Below, piece by piece: positions 37,032 to 47,397 of a stretch of 64,000 nt of DNA (within the stretch, counting starts at the first letter, position 1; each line of letters opens with the position of its first letter). The notes below the pieces were generated by a model that saw nothing but the letters and a program-made list of their open reading frames with translations, did not search any database and was not told the DNA's origin. The stretch is from Nitrospirota bacterium. GTDB taxonomy: Bacteria > Nitrospirota > UBA9217. The position numbers were made by a program, and so were the translations under genes. The DNA lies in contig CAVWHO010000008.1 in assembly GCA_963754875.1 (NCBI GenBank), forward strand, positions 288,001 through 352,000. The letters run 5' to 3'.

Positions 37032-37057
37032 GTTATCATTCCCTCTTTCTCTAATCA

Positions 37058-38314
37058 TTATTTCTGCCGAATGCTTTTGGCGGACTCAATTTTCTCTGAC
37101 TCATTGTTCGGGATGTGCCGTTCAGTCCGTATCCACTTCTTGCCGCGGTAGATGCCGGTCATGCTCACAAAATCGATCATAAATTTCCACACGAGAAAAA
37201 GCGGGGCAATTAAGATTGCCTTGAATACCTGCCAGACGTCCCCTGCAAGCGCCATCCCGATGAGCAGAATAATTCCCTGTGCGCCGAGCATAGCAAGACT
37301 CAGAATAATCGACGCTGATTTGACAACAGAGGGGGGAAGCACCAAACTCACACAGAAAGCCACAAGGATCAGATTTATCTGCAGCGACCAGTTAGGGAAC
37401 AACAGCGCCAGGGACGCGTCTACCATGGTCCAATTCCTGTCACGCAGCCCCCGGAATAGGAGGTTCAACCCGAGATTTTTGATGACATAAAACCGTCCTT
37501 TGGACCACCGCAAACGCTGGGTCGTGGCCTGTTTGAGCGATCGTGATTCCTGTTGCAGAACAACGGCTCCCACGGCAAAATCAATCTTTTTCCCGAGCCC
37601 GATCAATTTGGCAAAATATTCCCAGTCCTCAGAAAGCGTAAAGGCAGTCCAGGCCTGTTCCTGCAAGAGACTGGTCTTAAAACACATTCCGGTCCCCATT
37701 AAATACGCGGAAAGACCGAGTTTATATTTGGCAAAATGATAAAGCATATTGTTGATCGTACGAGAAACATAAATCAGCTGGGTAAACCAGCTTTCATGGC
37801 GATTCGGAACTTTGATGTAACACTGGATAGCCTCAGAACCGTGAGAGATCATCGTATTAAGGTTTTGAAGAATTGCAGGCTCCACTGTTGTGTCCGCATC
37901 CAGAATCAGGACAGCGTCGAACGCGCTCATATCAATTTGCTCAAAGGCCCATTTGAGCGCATATCCTTTTCCGGTATCGGCCTTATTAAAACGGCGCAAT
38001 ACCGTTACGGGATAGGAGCTGCATATCTCAGCCGTTCTGTCGCTGCAATTGTCGGCTATAATATAGACCTCGCGCATGCTTGCTGGGTAGTCTACCTGCA
38101 AGATGTTTTTACAGAATTTATCGATAAGCAGTTCTTCGTTATGGGCCGGCACGACGATAGCGAACCTCGTGCGAGGTTGAGCGGGCGTCTGCGCCTTCCT
38201 CCGTACCAGCAAATAAGACGCGGCTAGAGCAAGATGATACAAAACGCTCACGGCCAAATAGGCGATAAGGATGATCAGAAAACTTTGAACTATTATGTTA
38301 ACGAAAGTGGCCAT
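37058..38314 (-). CDS. Glycosyltransferase family 2 (D,D,D,QxxRW type)
   Basis: PAHNEE, ADNCSDRT, GKGYAL, DAD, SED and QRLRW; C-terminal TM helices. Confidence 0.92.
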   Translation of the reverse strand: MATFVNIIVQSFLIILIAYLAVSVLYHLALAASYLLVRRKAQTPAQPRTRFAIVVPAHNEELLIDKFCKNILQVDYPASMREVYIIADNCSDRTAEICSSYPVTVLRRFNKADTGKGYALKWAFEQIDMSAFDAVLILDADTTVEPAILQNLNTMISHGSEAIQCYIKVPNRHESWFTQLIYVSRTINNMLYHFAKYKLGLSAYLMGTGMCFKTSLLQEQAWTAFTLSEDWEYFAKLIGLGKKIDFAVGAVVLQQESRSLKQATTQRLRWSKGRFYVIKNLGLNLLFRGLRDRNWTMVDASLALLFPNWSLQINLILVAFCVSLVLPPSVVKSASIILSLAMLGAQGIILLIGMALAGDVWQVFKAILIAPLFLVWKFMIDFVSMTGIYRGKKWIRTERHIPNNESEKIESAKSIRQK

Positions 38315-39641
38315 ATCTTTTCAGAGAGGCTCTTGCCGAGTTTGCCTGTCGTAAAACGGGTGCTTCATTTGTGACGGCTTTCTCCGGCAGGACCGGTTCT
38401 TTCCTTTCTTGCGGAGTGTTTGCAACATTTATATATGCCCATGATGTGCCGATGAGAAAAAAGATAAGGTTTCCATAGGCCACGGAGAGCAACGAACCGC
38501 TTACAATAAAACCGGTCCACGAGCCGATTAACGAACACGCCGTGGTAAGACCAAGATTCAGCTTTTGTTTCGGCTGTTCCGGGGAATCTTCTCCAGCATG
38601 AGCATGCAGAACATATCGCGCCGCAGCTGCCTTTCTAAGATGTGCAATCGTACTCAGTATGATGAAGCAAAAGGCAATTAACCCGGGAAAACCAAGTTCA
38701 GCACCGACCTGGATAAAGGAATTATGCGCGGCTTGCCATTGTCCCTCATCCATCCTGAAGGTCCTCCCCAAACCGGTTTCAAAAGAAGCTACGCCTACAC
38801 CAAGTAAAGGGTTGAAAACCATAAGGGACAAGCCCTGTTTCCAGATCGTCAACCTTCCGCTGCTCGATGTATAGTTATATTCGCTTGACGTATCGAATAT
38901 CGTCGATATCCTCTGTTTATATTGTTCGCCTCCCGCAAAGTACAAAACGCCAATGACTAGCACAATGCTCGCTGCAATTTTAAAGTTGAAGATATTTATG
39001 TTGGTTGCACGTTTGTATTGATAGACGCTCACGAGCGTAACGGCGACGAGCCCCAAAAAACCTCCCCTCGAAGACGTTTCCACGATTCCCAGCACGAGAA
39101 GACCTAACAGGCATGCCATCAATATCTTCTTGAACCCGCGCAATGTCATCATTTTCCAGAAAATAAAAGGGACCGCAAGCACAAAAAGAAGCGCATTTTC
39201 ATTAGGATCATATTCCGTCACTACTGAAAATCTGCCCGTGTGGCTGCTGATTAAAGCAATTACACCAAAAATGCCGACGGCGAGGATGAATGCCCAGATC
39301 ATTTTATCGAGGGATTCCTCTGTATTGCCATAAGCAAGAATGAGGCAGAGGGAAATCAGCATTTTCCATAGATGATCCGTCAGGAAACTGAAGCCTTCAG
39401 TGGGATAGATGGAAAAAGGGACCGAGACCACCATCCAGACGACCAGAAACAGTAATGCTTTTCCTCGGGAGGAGTTAAAACTCTTTATTATGTTTTTAGC
39501 CAACCCGGGTGCAAAGAGCAGCCCGACAAAAGGAATTAAAATCATGATTTTCTGAAACATGATTGCCGACAGTGCCGGAACCAGGGATTGGATCTTGCAG
39601 ATATCGGAAAATATGGATATGAGAACAGTTTTAAATAACAT
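38298..39641 (-). CDS. O-antigen ligase / Wzy polymerase family membrane protein
   Basis: DPNE, TSSRGG, GRLTIW, NPLLGVG, AHNSF and ELGFPG. Confidence 0.88.
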   Translation of the reverse strand: MLFKTVLISIFSDICKIQSLVPALSAIMFQKIMILIPFVGLLFAPGLAKNIIKSFNSSRGKALLFLVVWMVVSVPFSIYPTEGFSFLTDHLWKMLISLCLILAYGNTEESLDKMIWAFILAVGIFGVIALISSHTGRFSVVTEYDPNENALLFVLAVPFIFWKMMTLRGFKKILMACLLGLLVLGIVETSSRGGFLGLVAVTLVSVYQYKRATNINIFNFKIAASIVLVIGVLYFAGGEQYKQRISTIFDTSSEYNYTSSSGRLTIWKQGLSLMVFNPLLGVGVASFETGLGRTFRMDEGQWQAAHNSFIQVGAELGFPGLIAFCFIILSTIAHLRKAAAARYVLHAHAGEDSPEQPKQKLNLGLTTACSLIGSWTGFIVSGSLLSVAYGNLIFFLIGTSWAYINVANTPQERKEPVLPEKAVTNEAPVLRQANSARASLKRYGHFR

Positions 39642-39649
39642 GGTTTAAC

Positions 39650-40780
39650 TCACGAGCGGGATACGCTCTCCAACTTTTCATTTATTTTGTTCATGGTATT
39701 CATGAGTGGTGTTTCATAAAAGGGAACGAGTCTCAGGTTGGCGAAAACAGTCCCGACAACGGGGCTCACCTTTCTGCTCACTCTCTGATGTTGAGAGAAA
39801 AACCAGATAATGAGATATTTCAACGTATAGATGTGCGTGAACAAAAGAAACCGTTCCTTGTCGTATTCCGTGATCGCTGAATAGGTTTCCATGAATCTGT
39901 CGCACAGCGGCCCTTCGGCGCGTCGAAAATCGTAAAAGGGATAAAAGGGGAAGTTATTGATGGCCGTCATGCTCGCGAGAAAACGGCCTATGTCCTCGAA
40001 AATGGGCGTATCATCAATCCCGAGAATATCGATCACGCTAATTCTGTTATTGTCCAGATAAACGTGCCCCGGCGTAAAATCCCAGTGCCACTTAGCGCAT
40101 GGCAGGTCGTATTTATTGTCAAGAAAAGCAAGGTTATCCATCACCTGGTCCAGTTGACGGATCGTGTCTTTGCTGAAGTTGAATTTTCTAAAAGAAAAAT
40201 AGTCGAAGTCCTCATTAATGCCGTCGAGAATCGTCTTGTGGTCGAATTGAGTGCTTTTTTTTGATCTCGTAATTTCATGAAATGCCGATAACCAGCGTGC
40301 GGAGCCCGCCACGATTGAGAAAAGGCCGGAGAGCGCGGAATCACTCCGGCGCTTTGAATTATTTTTCAACAAGTACGGTTTGAAATTTCTGGTACCCACG
40401 GATTCCATGGAATAAGCATTGAACTCGGGATAATAATCGAGGGGACGGGAAACATGACAATCGTCGTGGACCAGGGGCATTTTGTCATACAGTATTTGCA
40501 GTGTTTCATATTCCAGGAGCGCAGGGTTCATGGTCGGGAAAATCGGGCACAATTTAATGAAAATGACGCGCGGAACTGAACGGTCAGCCGGCCGGATTTC
40601 GAACCTAAACGTCCGTGCGGTTTCCTGGCCGCCCCACGGTTTCCCCGCAATGCTTACCCGCGCCGGCGTTAAATCGGCGTAATAGTTCTCCACCTTGTCC
40701 TGCAGTTCACGGGAAAAACAATCAACAAGATGTTCGTCCGAATACTGCCAATGAAAATTTTCACCGCTCGTAGCATTCAT
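39650..40780 (-). CDS. APH/choline-kinase-like phosphotransferase
   Basis: FIKL, EYETL, WLSAFH, HWDFTPGHV, VIDI and EDIGRF; start placed at MNATSG. Confidence 0.7.
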   Translation of the reverse strand: MNATSGENFHWQYSDEHLVDCFSRELQDKVENYYADLTPARVSIAGKPWGGQETARTFRFEIRPADRSVPRVIFIKLCPIFPTMNPALLEYETLQILYDKMPLVHDDCHVSRPLDYYPEFNAYSMESVGTRNFKPYLLKNNSKRRSDSALSGLFSIVAGSARWLSAFHEITRSKKSTQFDHKTILDGINEDFDYFSFRKFNFSKDTIRQLDQVMDNLAFLDNKYDLPCAKWHWDFTPGHVYLDNNRISVIDILGIDDTPIFEDIGRFLASMTAINNFPFYPFYDFRRAEGPLCDRFMETYSAITEYDKERFLLFTHIYTLKYLIIWFFSQHQRVSRKVSPVVGTVFANLRLVPFYETPLMNTMNKINEKLESVSRS

Positions 40781-40794
40781 AATAAAAACGTTCC

Positions 40795-41346
40795 CTATTG
40801 GGAGAATATTCTCGCCGGGTTCCCCGCCACGACGCTTCCGGGTTTCACGGACATGGTCACGATTGATCCAGGGGCAATGATAACATCGTCTCCGATTGTC
40901 GTACCTTTTAGGATAGAACTGCGCGCGCCCATGCAAACGCGATTTCCAACCGTTACCCTGCACTTATCCTCTTTTTCATTGACCGGCGTTCCCCGGTCTC
41001 TCGCGATAGAATGGTAATCAGTATCCATGATGCCCGCTTCCTCGATCAGAACATTGTTGCCGATAATAACCTGGAATTTCGCCGCAATTCTTGCCGCGTA
41101 TAAGGAAGCATCGTCTCCTATTCGAAGAACGGCTGCCGGATTGAGCGTTTCGAGGCAAACATACTGGCTCGAATCCCCCGGTATTCCAGCCATGATGCAA
41201 TTCTCTCCGATTTCAATTCTGCCGGTCCCCGAGATGTTAACTTTCTTATATATTCTCAGGCCGCGGCCAATTTTCACATTCATGCCCTTTAATCTGCATA
41301 GGGTAACAAAAATGCGGCCCCGCAAGAGCGCCAGAAAATCCCTCAT
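40795..41346 (-). CDS. Hexapeptide-repeat (LbH) acyltransferase
   Basis: IMDTDYH, ILKGTTIGDDVII and VVAGNPAR. Confidence 0.9.
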   Translation of the reverse strand: MRDFLALLRGRIFVTLCRLKGMNVKIGRGLRIYKKVNISGTGRIEIGENCIMAGIPGDSSQYVCLETLNPAAVLRIGDDASLYAARIAAKFQVIIGNNVLIEEAGIMDTDYHSIARDRGTPVNEKEDKCRVTVGNRVCMGARSSILKGTTIGDDVIIAPGSIVTMSVKPGSVVAGNPARIFSQ

Positions 41347-41981
41347 AGCTCTCCTTTCAGTCGCAACAGTTTATCGATCGGGATTGCGCTTCTAGCCGGA
41401 TTTCCCATGATGAGGACATAGTCCTGGTAGACCGCGTCATGGCACCAGGATCCCGATGAAAGGACGCAGTCATCGCCGATCGTGCTCCCGTTCATGACAA
41501 AACAGGCCTCTCCCAACCATACGTTTTCCCCTATGGTAATATTCTGCGGACGGGGCAGACGACGATGCATATCTTCGCTGATCCTATCGTGTGTCATAAG
41601 AAACGAGTCCTGTACGAGGGATATTGCCGTCATCGCCCTTTCACCGATTGCAATCGCTCCATGACAGCGTATGGTCGTGCCGCCGAGCAGACATTTGTTT
41701 CCTATCGTGACAATGGCATCCCGGGAGTGCGTGAGAATCGTCAGCCCCTTAAAAGCATTTTTCATAACCCTGCAACCCTTGCCAATGGTTACGGTCCCCG
41801 GCCCGATGATTCTCACCTTCGCATTGACAATAAAGGGGAACCCGATCCTCACATTGTTTCTGAAAATTCTGTAATAAAATAAATAGCTGAGTCCCCGGAA
41901 AAGTCCTACCGCGTAGGAGAGAACATCCTCGGGGTTCTCGATGACTTTCTTCACGAAACTTTTTATTTTATCTATCGACAT
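41343..41981 (-). CDS. Hexapeptide-repeat (LbH) acyltransferase-like protein
   Basis: ITIGENVWLG, STIGDDCVL and IMGNPAR. Confidence 0.85.
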   Translation of the reverse strand: MSIDKIKSFVKKVIENPEDVLSYAVGLFRGLSYLFYYRIFRNNVRIGFPFIVNAKVRIIGPGTVTIGKGCRVMKNAFKGLTILTHSRDAIVTIGNKCLLGGTTIRCHGAIAIGERAMTAISLVQDSFLMTHDRISEDMHRRLPRPQNITIGENVWLGEACFVMNGSTIGDDCVLSSGSWCHDAVYQDYVLIMGNPARSAIPIDKLLRLKGEL

Positions 41982-42024
41982 GAGGTTTCACTCAGCAGCA
42001 TTAATTAATTGTAAAGAGGCGTCT

Positions 42025-42999
42025 CTAGGGACGAAACATCCTCCATGCAAACAAAGGCAATTTGTCCGCTGCCGGGATCCTGTTGATTTGATATATATCA
42101 TCCCCCTTATTAAAGCATCCGGACCTCGTTGTCACCGCAGCTTTGTAATTCTGAGCGACAACATTCGCGATAGATGCATCATAGTCTCCATTGGGGTAGC
42201 AAAATAATTCTACGGGTCTATTAAGCCTGCGCTGCAGCCATTGTTTGCTCTCTTGAATTTGATAGTGCATGTCCTCATAGGGCACTTTCGTCAATAGCTG
42301 ATGATGGACTGTATGGGAGCCGATCGTAATTAATCCGGGGTCCAGAGAGCGGAGTTCGTCCCAGCTCATTGTGTCGTACAGGTCACGCTGGCGCTGGTCC
42401 GTCTCGAAGTTATGCGTCAATGAACGGATGAATTGCTCGGTGCTGATCCGGCGGTCGTTTTTCATTGTTTTCATATGCTCGATTATTTTTTCCACCGCGT
42501 CGTTGCCGCTCTTGCCCTTCATTTCCTCCTCGCCGATTCCCAGTTGATCGCAGATTTTTTTCAAACTGCCGGGCTTGCACGCCAACAGCCTTTGCTCCAT
42601 TTCATGCGCCCACTGCCATGTTCGCGATTCAATGAGCCCCGGGCAGACAAAAAATGTGGCGGGTAATTCATAGCGTCGGAGGATGGGGTATGCGATCGTA
42701 CAATTATTTCGCAACCCATCGTCAAACGTCAATACGATTTCCGTTCTAAAGTTTCGGCCGGCATCACCGGATATCGTTAAGGCTTCTTCAAGGGAAATAA
42801 CGGTAAAATTCGTTTTTAGATATTTCATCTGCTGCTCAAAGATGTCCGCCGGCAAATCAGGCCCTCCGACGCCGTGGAACATGAATACCCGCGCAGCCGG
42901 GTGTTCGAGCGTTTTATATCTGGACATGCCGGATATGAATGACAGATGGTGCAAGCCCGGCGCAACCGTACGTTTAATGGTTTCAAGTACAGAATTCAT
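42025..42999 (-). CDS. Polysaccharide deacetylase (CE4/NodB)
   Basis: MFHGV, TFDDG, GSHTVHH and FCYPNG. Confidence 0.92.
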   Translation of the reverse strand: MNSVLETIKRTVAPGLHHLSFISGMSRYKTLEHPAARVFMFHGVGGPDLPADIFEQQMKYLKTNFTVISLEEALTISGDAGRNFRTEIVLTFDDGLRNNCTIAYPILRRYELPATFFVCPGLIESRTWQWAHEMEQRLLACKPGSLKKICDQLGIGEEEMKGKSGNDAVEKIIEHMKTMKNDRRISTEQFIRSLTHNFETDQRQRDLYDTMSWDELRSLDPGLITIGSHTVHHQLLTKVPYEDMHYQIQESKQWLQRRLNRPVELFCYPNGDYDASIANVVAQNYKAAVTTRSGCFNKGDDIYQINRIPAADKLPLFAWRMFRP

Positions 43000-43009
43000 T
43001 AGCTTAATA

Positions 43010-43840
43010 TCACCGTGCGAGCCCCGCAAGCAGTATCAATAATCGCTGCGCCACTGCCATCTGCCCGAACCCGTTCAGGTGCCCGCCGTCATCGGTATAT
43101 TCGGATGCGAGGGAATAGTATGTCGTTCCGCCGTTCGTGAACGTTGATCTCGTACCGTCTGGGAGGGTCGATTCTGACTTTGCGATATCGAACAGCGGTT
43201 CTTTCCCTTCATACTCCTTTCGCAGCATATCATTGTACAGGTTACGTTTGATGTTATTGTCTTTCTTCCCCAGTACCGTCTTTATAAGGCTCCGCACCGT
43301 CGTATTTGATTCCGTGAGCGGTACTGTCGAGTGTATGAATATGACGTTCGGATATTTTTTCTTCAACTGCTCCATGGTTTTTTTATACTCGATGAATATT
43401 TTATCAACGTCACTGTGCGCATTTATGTCTACATAGCAAAACTTGAAAAAAGCAATGTCCGCTTTCGCGCCTATTCCATTTTCCATATAATCGGTAAAGG
43501 CCTGCATTTTAGATCGGGGATCATCGTTCTCGCCGATGCTGGAATGAGCGAACTCCGCGCCGTTCAGATCCGAAGCACGTTTGATTTCAACGATATTGAG
43601 CTTTATCCGGGGAAACTGTTTCTCGATCTGTGTAAGGCCATCCACGATATTATAACCGACCGACTGATGACCGAAATAAATCTTCTTCTCGGCGAGCTTT
43701 TGCCATCGAGCTCCCGGAATATTTTTGATCATTTCAAGAGAGATTGTTTCCCGGGACATTGCTCCTCCTTCACAGGCGCTTAACGGCATGAGAAGCAGAC
43801 AGACGACACAAAAGAGTTTCAAAATTGTTTTTTTATCCAT
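43010..43840 (-). CDS. Putative SGNH-hydrolase-like lipoprotein
   Basis: Lipobox LSAC, YFGHQSVG and C-terminal DGGHLNxxG (DxxH). Confidence 0.62.
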   Translation of the reverse strand: MDKKTILKLFCVVCLLLMPLSACEGGAMSRETISLEMIKNIPGARWQKLAEKKIYFGHQSVGYNIVDGLTQIEKQFPRIKLNIVEIKRASDLNGAEFAHSSIGENDDPRSKMQAFTDYMENGIGAKADIAFFKFCYVDINAHSDVDKIFIEYKKTMEQLKKKYPNVIFIHSTVPLTESNTTVRSLIKTVLGKKDNNIKRNLYNDMLRKEYEGKEPLFDIAKSESTLPDGTRSTFTNGGTTYYSLASEYTDDGGHLNGFGQMAVAQRLLILLAGLAR

Positions 43841-43863
43841 CGCAAGCCCCTTCGACCATGACG

Positions 43864-45138
43864 TCAGTCTATCGGTGCCGGTCTCACTGATTTTTTTCGC
43901 TCGGAAATACGGGCGCCTGCCTTGATCAGTTCACACAAAAGGGCGCTCGTTTTTTTTCTGTCCTTCTCGCGCAATAACGGGTGTATCGGCACGGTAAACA
44001 AGCACTCCGCCATCGCGGCGGCGGCGGGATACGTCATGCCGACAAAGCGTTCCTTTATCTCGTTTATCATGTTGATCGGCGCAGGATACATCCGGCTGAT
44101 GCCCAATCCCCGACCCGGCTGACTCGATATGATCTTATCCCGCGTTTCCCTGTCGACCGCAAGGACGGGAAAACGGAGCGAAGCTTTGGCAGCGGTTATT
44201 CCCTGCTGCGATTTGGCATGCGTGACGCCGCATGTCTCCAGGGCGTTGCAGTAATATCCGGCGTTCTCCGTCCGCGTTCTGTTATACTCCTCCAGTCTGT
44301 GTCTCCAGTTCCTCAACATGCCTGCCTTCATTCCCGACAGGCGTTTCACGGGAAAATCCCGGTAGAATACCGTTTCTCCAAGCTTCAAAAACGGGAGACC
44401 CGCGGGAAGCCAGTAAAGCGAGGGACGGATGAAAAGCGCCAGGACAGCCGCCTTTACGAACTCCGCTATATTTTCGAGAAACCGCGGTTCCTCGATCTGT
44501 CCGTATATCTTGTCTAGTGCGGCGGCGATACTATCTGAATTCGTGACAATAATGCCGCCGGCCCCGCAGGTTATGTTTTTTCCTCTTCCCAGGCTGTAAA
44601 AACCCGCGTCCGCGACCGTTCCGATCAGCCGTTCGTTGTTGTAGACGCAACCCATTGCCTGCGCCGCGTCCTCCACGACATAGGCCCCTTTTTCCCTGCA
44701 GATCTCGCTGATTTTTGAAACATCCGACGGGATCCCGAACAGATTGCCCGAAATGACGCAGAGCGTGTCCGTGTCTACGGCATCGGGCATACATCGATAG
44801 TCGTAGTCATAGCGGGCGGGATCGACATCACACAGTGCGACGTCGAGCCCGGCTTTTACGACCGCCGATGGTACGGAAAAGCAGGTGTAGGCCGGAATAA
44901 CAACCCGTCGTCTGCCCGGCGACAGGGCTTTCAGGGCGAGGAGGATCATGGTAAGCGCTGCTTTCCCCGACGAGACGAGAAAAACGTGCTTTACGTTGAA
45001 ATAATCCTTCAACTCTTGTTTAACGTCCTGGCTGCACTGCTCGGGCTTCAGCAGTCCCCGTAAACCATTGACGATGTCTGTCATTTTCAAGGGAGCTGCG
45101 GCCGGAGGTAAGGTGCGCTGTATTTTCATAAAGTACAA
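43864..45138 (-). CDS. DegT/DnrJ/EryC1/StrS-family PLP aminotransferase
   Basis: SSGKAAL, PAYTC, VEDAAQAMG and YSLGRGKNIT. Confidence 0.9.
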   Translation of the reverse strand: MYFMKIQRTLPPAAAPLKMTDIVNGLRGLLKPEQCSQDVKQELKDYFNVKHVFLVSSGKAALTMILLALKALSPGRRRVVIPAYTCFSVPSAVVKAGLDVALCDVDPARYDYDYRCMPDAVDTDTLCVISGNLFGIPSDVSKISEICREKGAYVVEDAAQAMGCVYNNERLIGTVADAGFYSLGRGKNITCGAGGIIVTNSDSIAAALDKIYGQIEEPRFLENIAEFVKAAVLALFIRPSLYWLPAGLPFLKLGETVFYRDFPVKRLSGMKAGMLRNWRHRLEEYNRTRTENAGYYCNALETCGVTHAKSQQGITAAKASLRFPVLAVDRETRDKIISSQPGRGLGISRMYPAPINMINEIKERFVGMTYPAAAAMAECLFTVPIHPLLREKDRKKTSALLCELIKAGARISERKKSVRPAPID

Positions 45139-45213
45139 AGTCTTTCGGGCGACTTCTGCATCGATCTCTCATGAACGACCGATGAAAAGCCGCAATAATA
45201 TCCTGTCTATTAT

Positions 45214-46248
45214 TTAAGGAAGATTCTTGACAATGGCGGGACCGATCAGTTTCGTTAGACCGACCGGCAGCCGCTTCCAGATATTTATTGCCAAGCGATA
45301 TTTGGGATTATGGGGATTCAACTCCGGCAGCTGCTTCCCGTTTTTCATCCAATAGTGCCAATAAAGCTGGACTGGTTTCGCGCCCCATTGTTCCTTGAAG
45401 CGGAAGGTCCCCTCGCCCGGTGTAGAGCGGCCGAAGTCGAAGAACCTGTATCCCCTCTCACATCCCATGCTGAGGACACTCCAATACATGAGCATGTTCG
45501 GGCTGTGGCGGTTATATTGTCTGAGGGACGACGCCCAGGGGATCTCAAGGGTGTCCTTAAACCCGACCAGGAAGCCGGCCGCCGCAGGCTCTCCTTCCTT
45601 CGTATATACGGTGCAGATCCAAGATGACTCAGGGAAAGCGCGCAGGATGCTCCTGAAAAATTCCTTGGAGTAGACCGGCGTTCCGAGGTCCCTCATGTTG
45701 ACCGAGAAAACCGCATAAAAATCATCAAGGCGCTCTTCCCTGCCGATCTTTGCAGACATTCCCTCCTTGATGGGTCGCTGCACCTGGCTTCTGAGTTTCG
45801 ACGGGAAGGACTCCCAGAGTTCGCCCGGGGTCGGCAGCAGGGAGCGGAACATGGAGACCTTCGAGGTCTTCACCTGCCAACCGATATCCATTGGAATGTT
45901 CTGCCGAAGCTCGATGTGTTCCGCCCCATTGTCTTTCGCGAACCTGATGGCGCCTTCGGCCAGATGAACGCCGATTTCCGCATTGTCCGCACAGAGCCCG
46001 CCATAGTTGAAATACGGAAGGGAGACGGCAAAATTGCCGAAGAGCTGACTTTTTAAGTGCACGAGCGGAAGAATCCCGTTGATTGCTCCATTTTCATTCT
46101 CGGAAAGAAGATACCAGGTTGTATGGCCGAAGCTTTGCTCAATGACATCCTTCCAGCCGGTCAGGTGATAACACCGGGCATCGTTCGATCTCATCACGTA
46201 GTCATCCCACGCTTTTTTGTCCTGTCCTGTATAGAATCGGATCGTCAT
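45214..46248 (-). CDS. FemAB-related protein, exosortase A / PEP-CTERM system-associated type
   Basis: SLPYFNYGG, IELR, MRDLGTP, FDFGRS, FKEQWGA and LNPHNPKY. Confidence 0.88.
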   Translation of the reverse strand: MTIRFYTGQDKKAWDDYVMRSNDARCYHLTGWKDVIEQSFGHTTWYLLSENENGAINGILPLVHLKSQLFGNFAVSLPYFNYGGLCADNAEIGVHLAEGAIRFAKDNGAEHIELRQNIPMDIGWQVKTSKVSMFRSLLPTPGELWESFPSKLRSQVQRPIKEGMSAKIGREERLDDFYAVFSVNMRDLGTPVYSKEFFRSILRAFPESSWICTVYTKEGEPAAAGFLVGFKDTLEIPWASSLRQYNRHSPNMLMYWSVLSMGCERGYRFFDFGRSTPGEGTFRFKEQWGAKPVQLYWHYWMKNGKQLPELNPHNPKYRLAINIWKRLPVGLTKLIGPAIVKNLP

Positions 46249-46306
46249 AGTATTTGTCCGGAGGGAACGTGTCGGCTGCGGCGGGCAAAGGCCGCGATGA
46301 CCATCC

Positions 46307-47392
46307 CTAGCGTAACACGACCTTTGCTGTATACCTCAGGAACTTTTCCGCAACCAGCAGGATCGACGCCACGTTCTTTTGATAATACGAGAGCGTAACG
46401 GAAGTTCGCCCCCGGTCGGCCCAATGGAACTTGTACGGTTCGGTTCCCTTCAGAAAGTCGTAGACGGCGACGCCGTCCTCAATCGCGCTGCTTAAACATA
46501 TGCCGACGAGAATGTTCCCGAGACTGATGTTCGGGTGATACTCTTTGTCCACCGCCATGAGATACATGCCCAGGGTGTCCTGGTGTTTCAAATGAAGAAG
46601 TCCTCCGATCAATTTCCCGTTCGACGAGAACAGATCGACCCGCAAGGCCTGCTCATTGCACCGTGACGCATACCTTGAAAGGAACGATCGGACAGACTTG
46701 TCATGGTGGTCGTTCTTCGTTTCGTAGAGATTGCAAAACGCTCCGAACGCCTCACCCACACGCTCTCCCGTGAAAATTTCGTGCTGCAGTTCTCCTTCAT
46801 TCTTCAGGAGCTTTAGATGGCGCCGGTACTGCTGCCTTCGGTTTGCAGAATAGAGCGACAACAAGTCTTCGCCCTTCTTCGGGAGTGCGACGGTCGGGCA
46901 AAACGAGCATTGACGGGTCTCCGCGTATTTGCCCGCGTCCTCGATGGCGTTCAGAAAATACAAGAGGAATAGGGAATTCGAGGGCAGATCTTCGAGCATG
47001 CAGGAGTCCCACCGGTCCCGGGCTCCCGTCAGGAGAAATTCATGCAAAAAGTTCGCGACCTTCTGTTCCTGTCCTTTTTTGATAATCACGTCGAGATAGT
47101 CGGACCCCGCATCCGGCGCCCCGAGAAACCGAACCTCTTTGACGGCCAAGGCTCCCCGCCGAAGATGCTGGACGTACCACGGAGCAATGCCCACGAGTTC
47201 GTCGTCCTTATACACCATGATGATGAACAGGGACCTGCCCGCGTCAAGATAGTTCTCCGCCCAGGAGAAGAGCCATTCCCAGGTGAGAAAAATCGTGTCC
47301 GCGCCTGACTGGTTCAGTAACCCGTTCCACGCTGTACGTGTCTCCATCCACTCGTCCGTTGAATTGATCAGGACTGCCCGATAATCATTCAT
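46307..47392 (-). CDS. GNAT-family acyltransferase (CelD/BcsL-like)
   Basis: IFLTWEW, LVGIAP, SDYLD and YDFLKGTEPYKFHW. Confidence 0.85.
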   Translation of the reverse strand: MNDYRAVLINSTDEWMETRTAWNGLLNQSGADTIFLTWEWLFSWAENYLDAGRSLFIIMVYKDDELVGIAPWYVQHLRRGALAVKEVRFLGAPDAGSDYLDVIIKKGQEQKVANFLHEFLLTGARDRWDSCMLEDLPSNSLFLLYFLNAIEDAGKYAETRQCSFCPTVALPKKGEDLLSLYSANRRQQYRRHLKLLKNEGELQHEIFTGERVGEAFGAFCNLYETKNDHHDKSVRSFLSRYASRCNEQALRVDLFSSNGKLIGGLLHLKHQDTLGMYLMAVDKEYHPNISLGNILVGICLSSAIEDGVAVYDFLKGTEPYKFHWADRGRTSVTLSYYQKNVASILLVAEKFLRYTAKVVLR

Positions 47393-47397
47393 GACGT

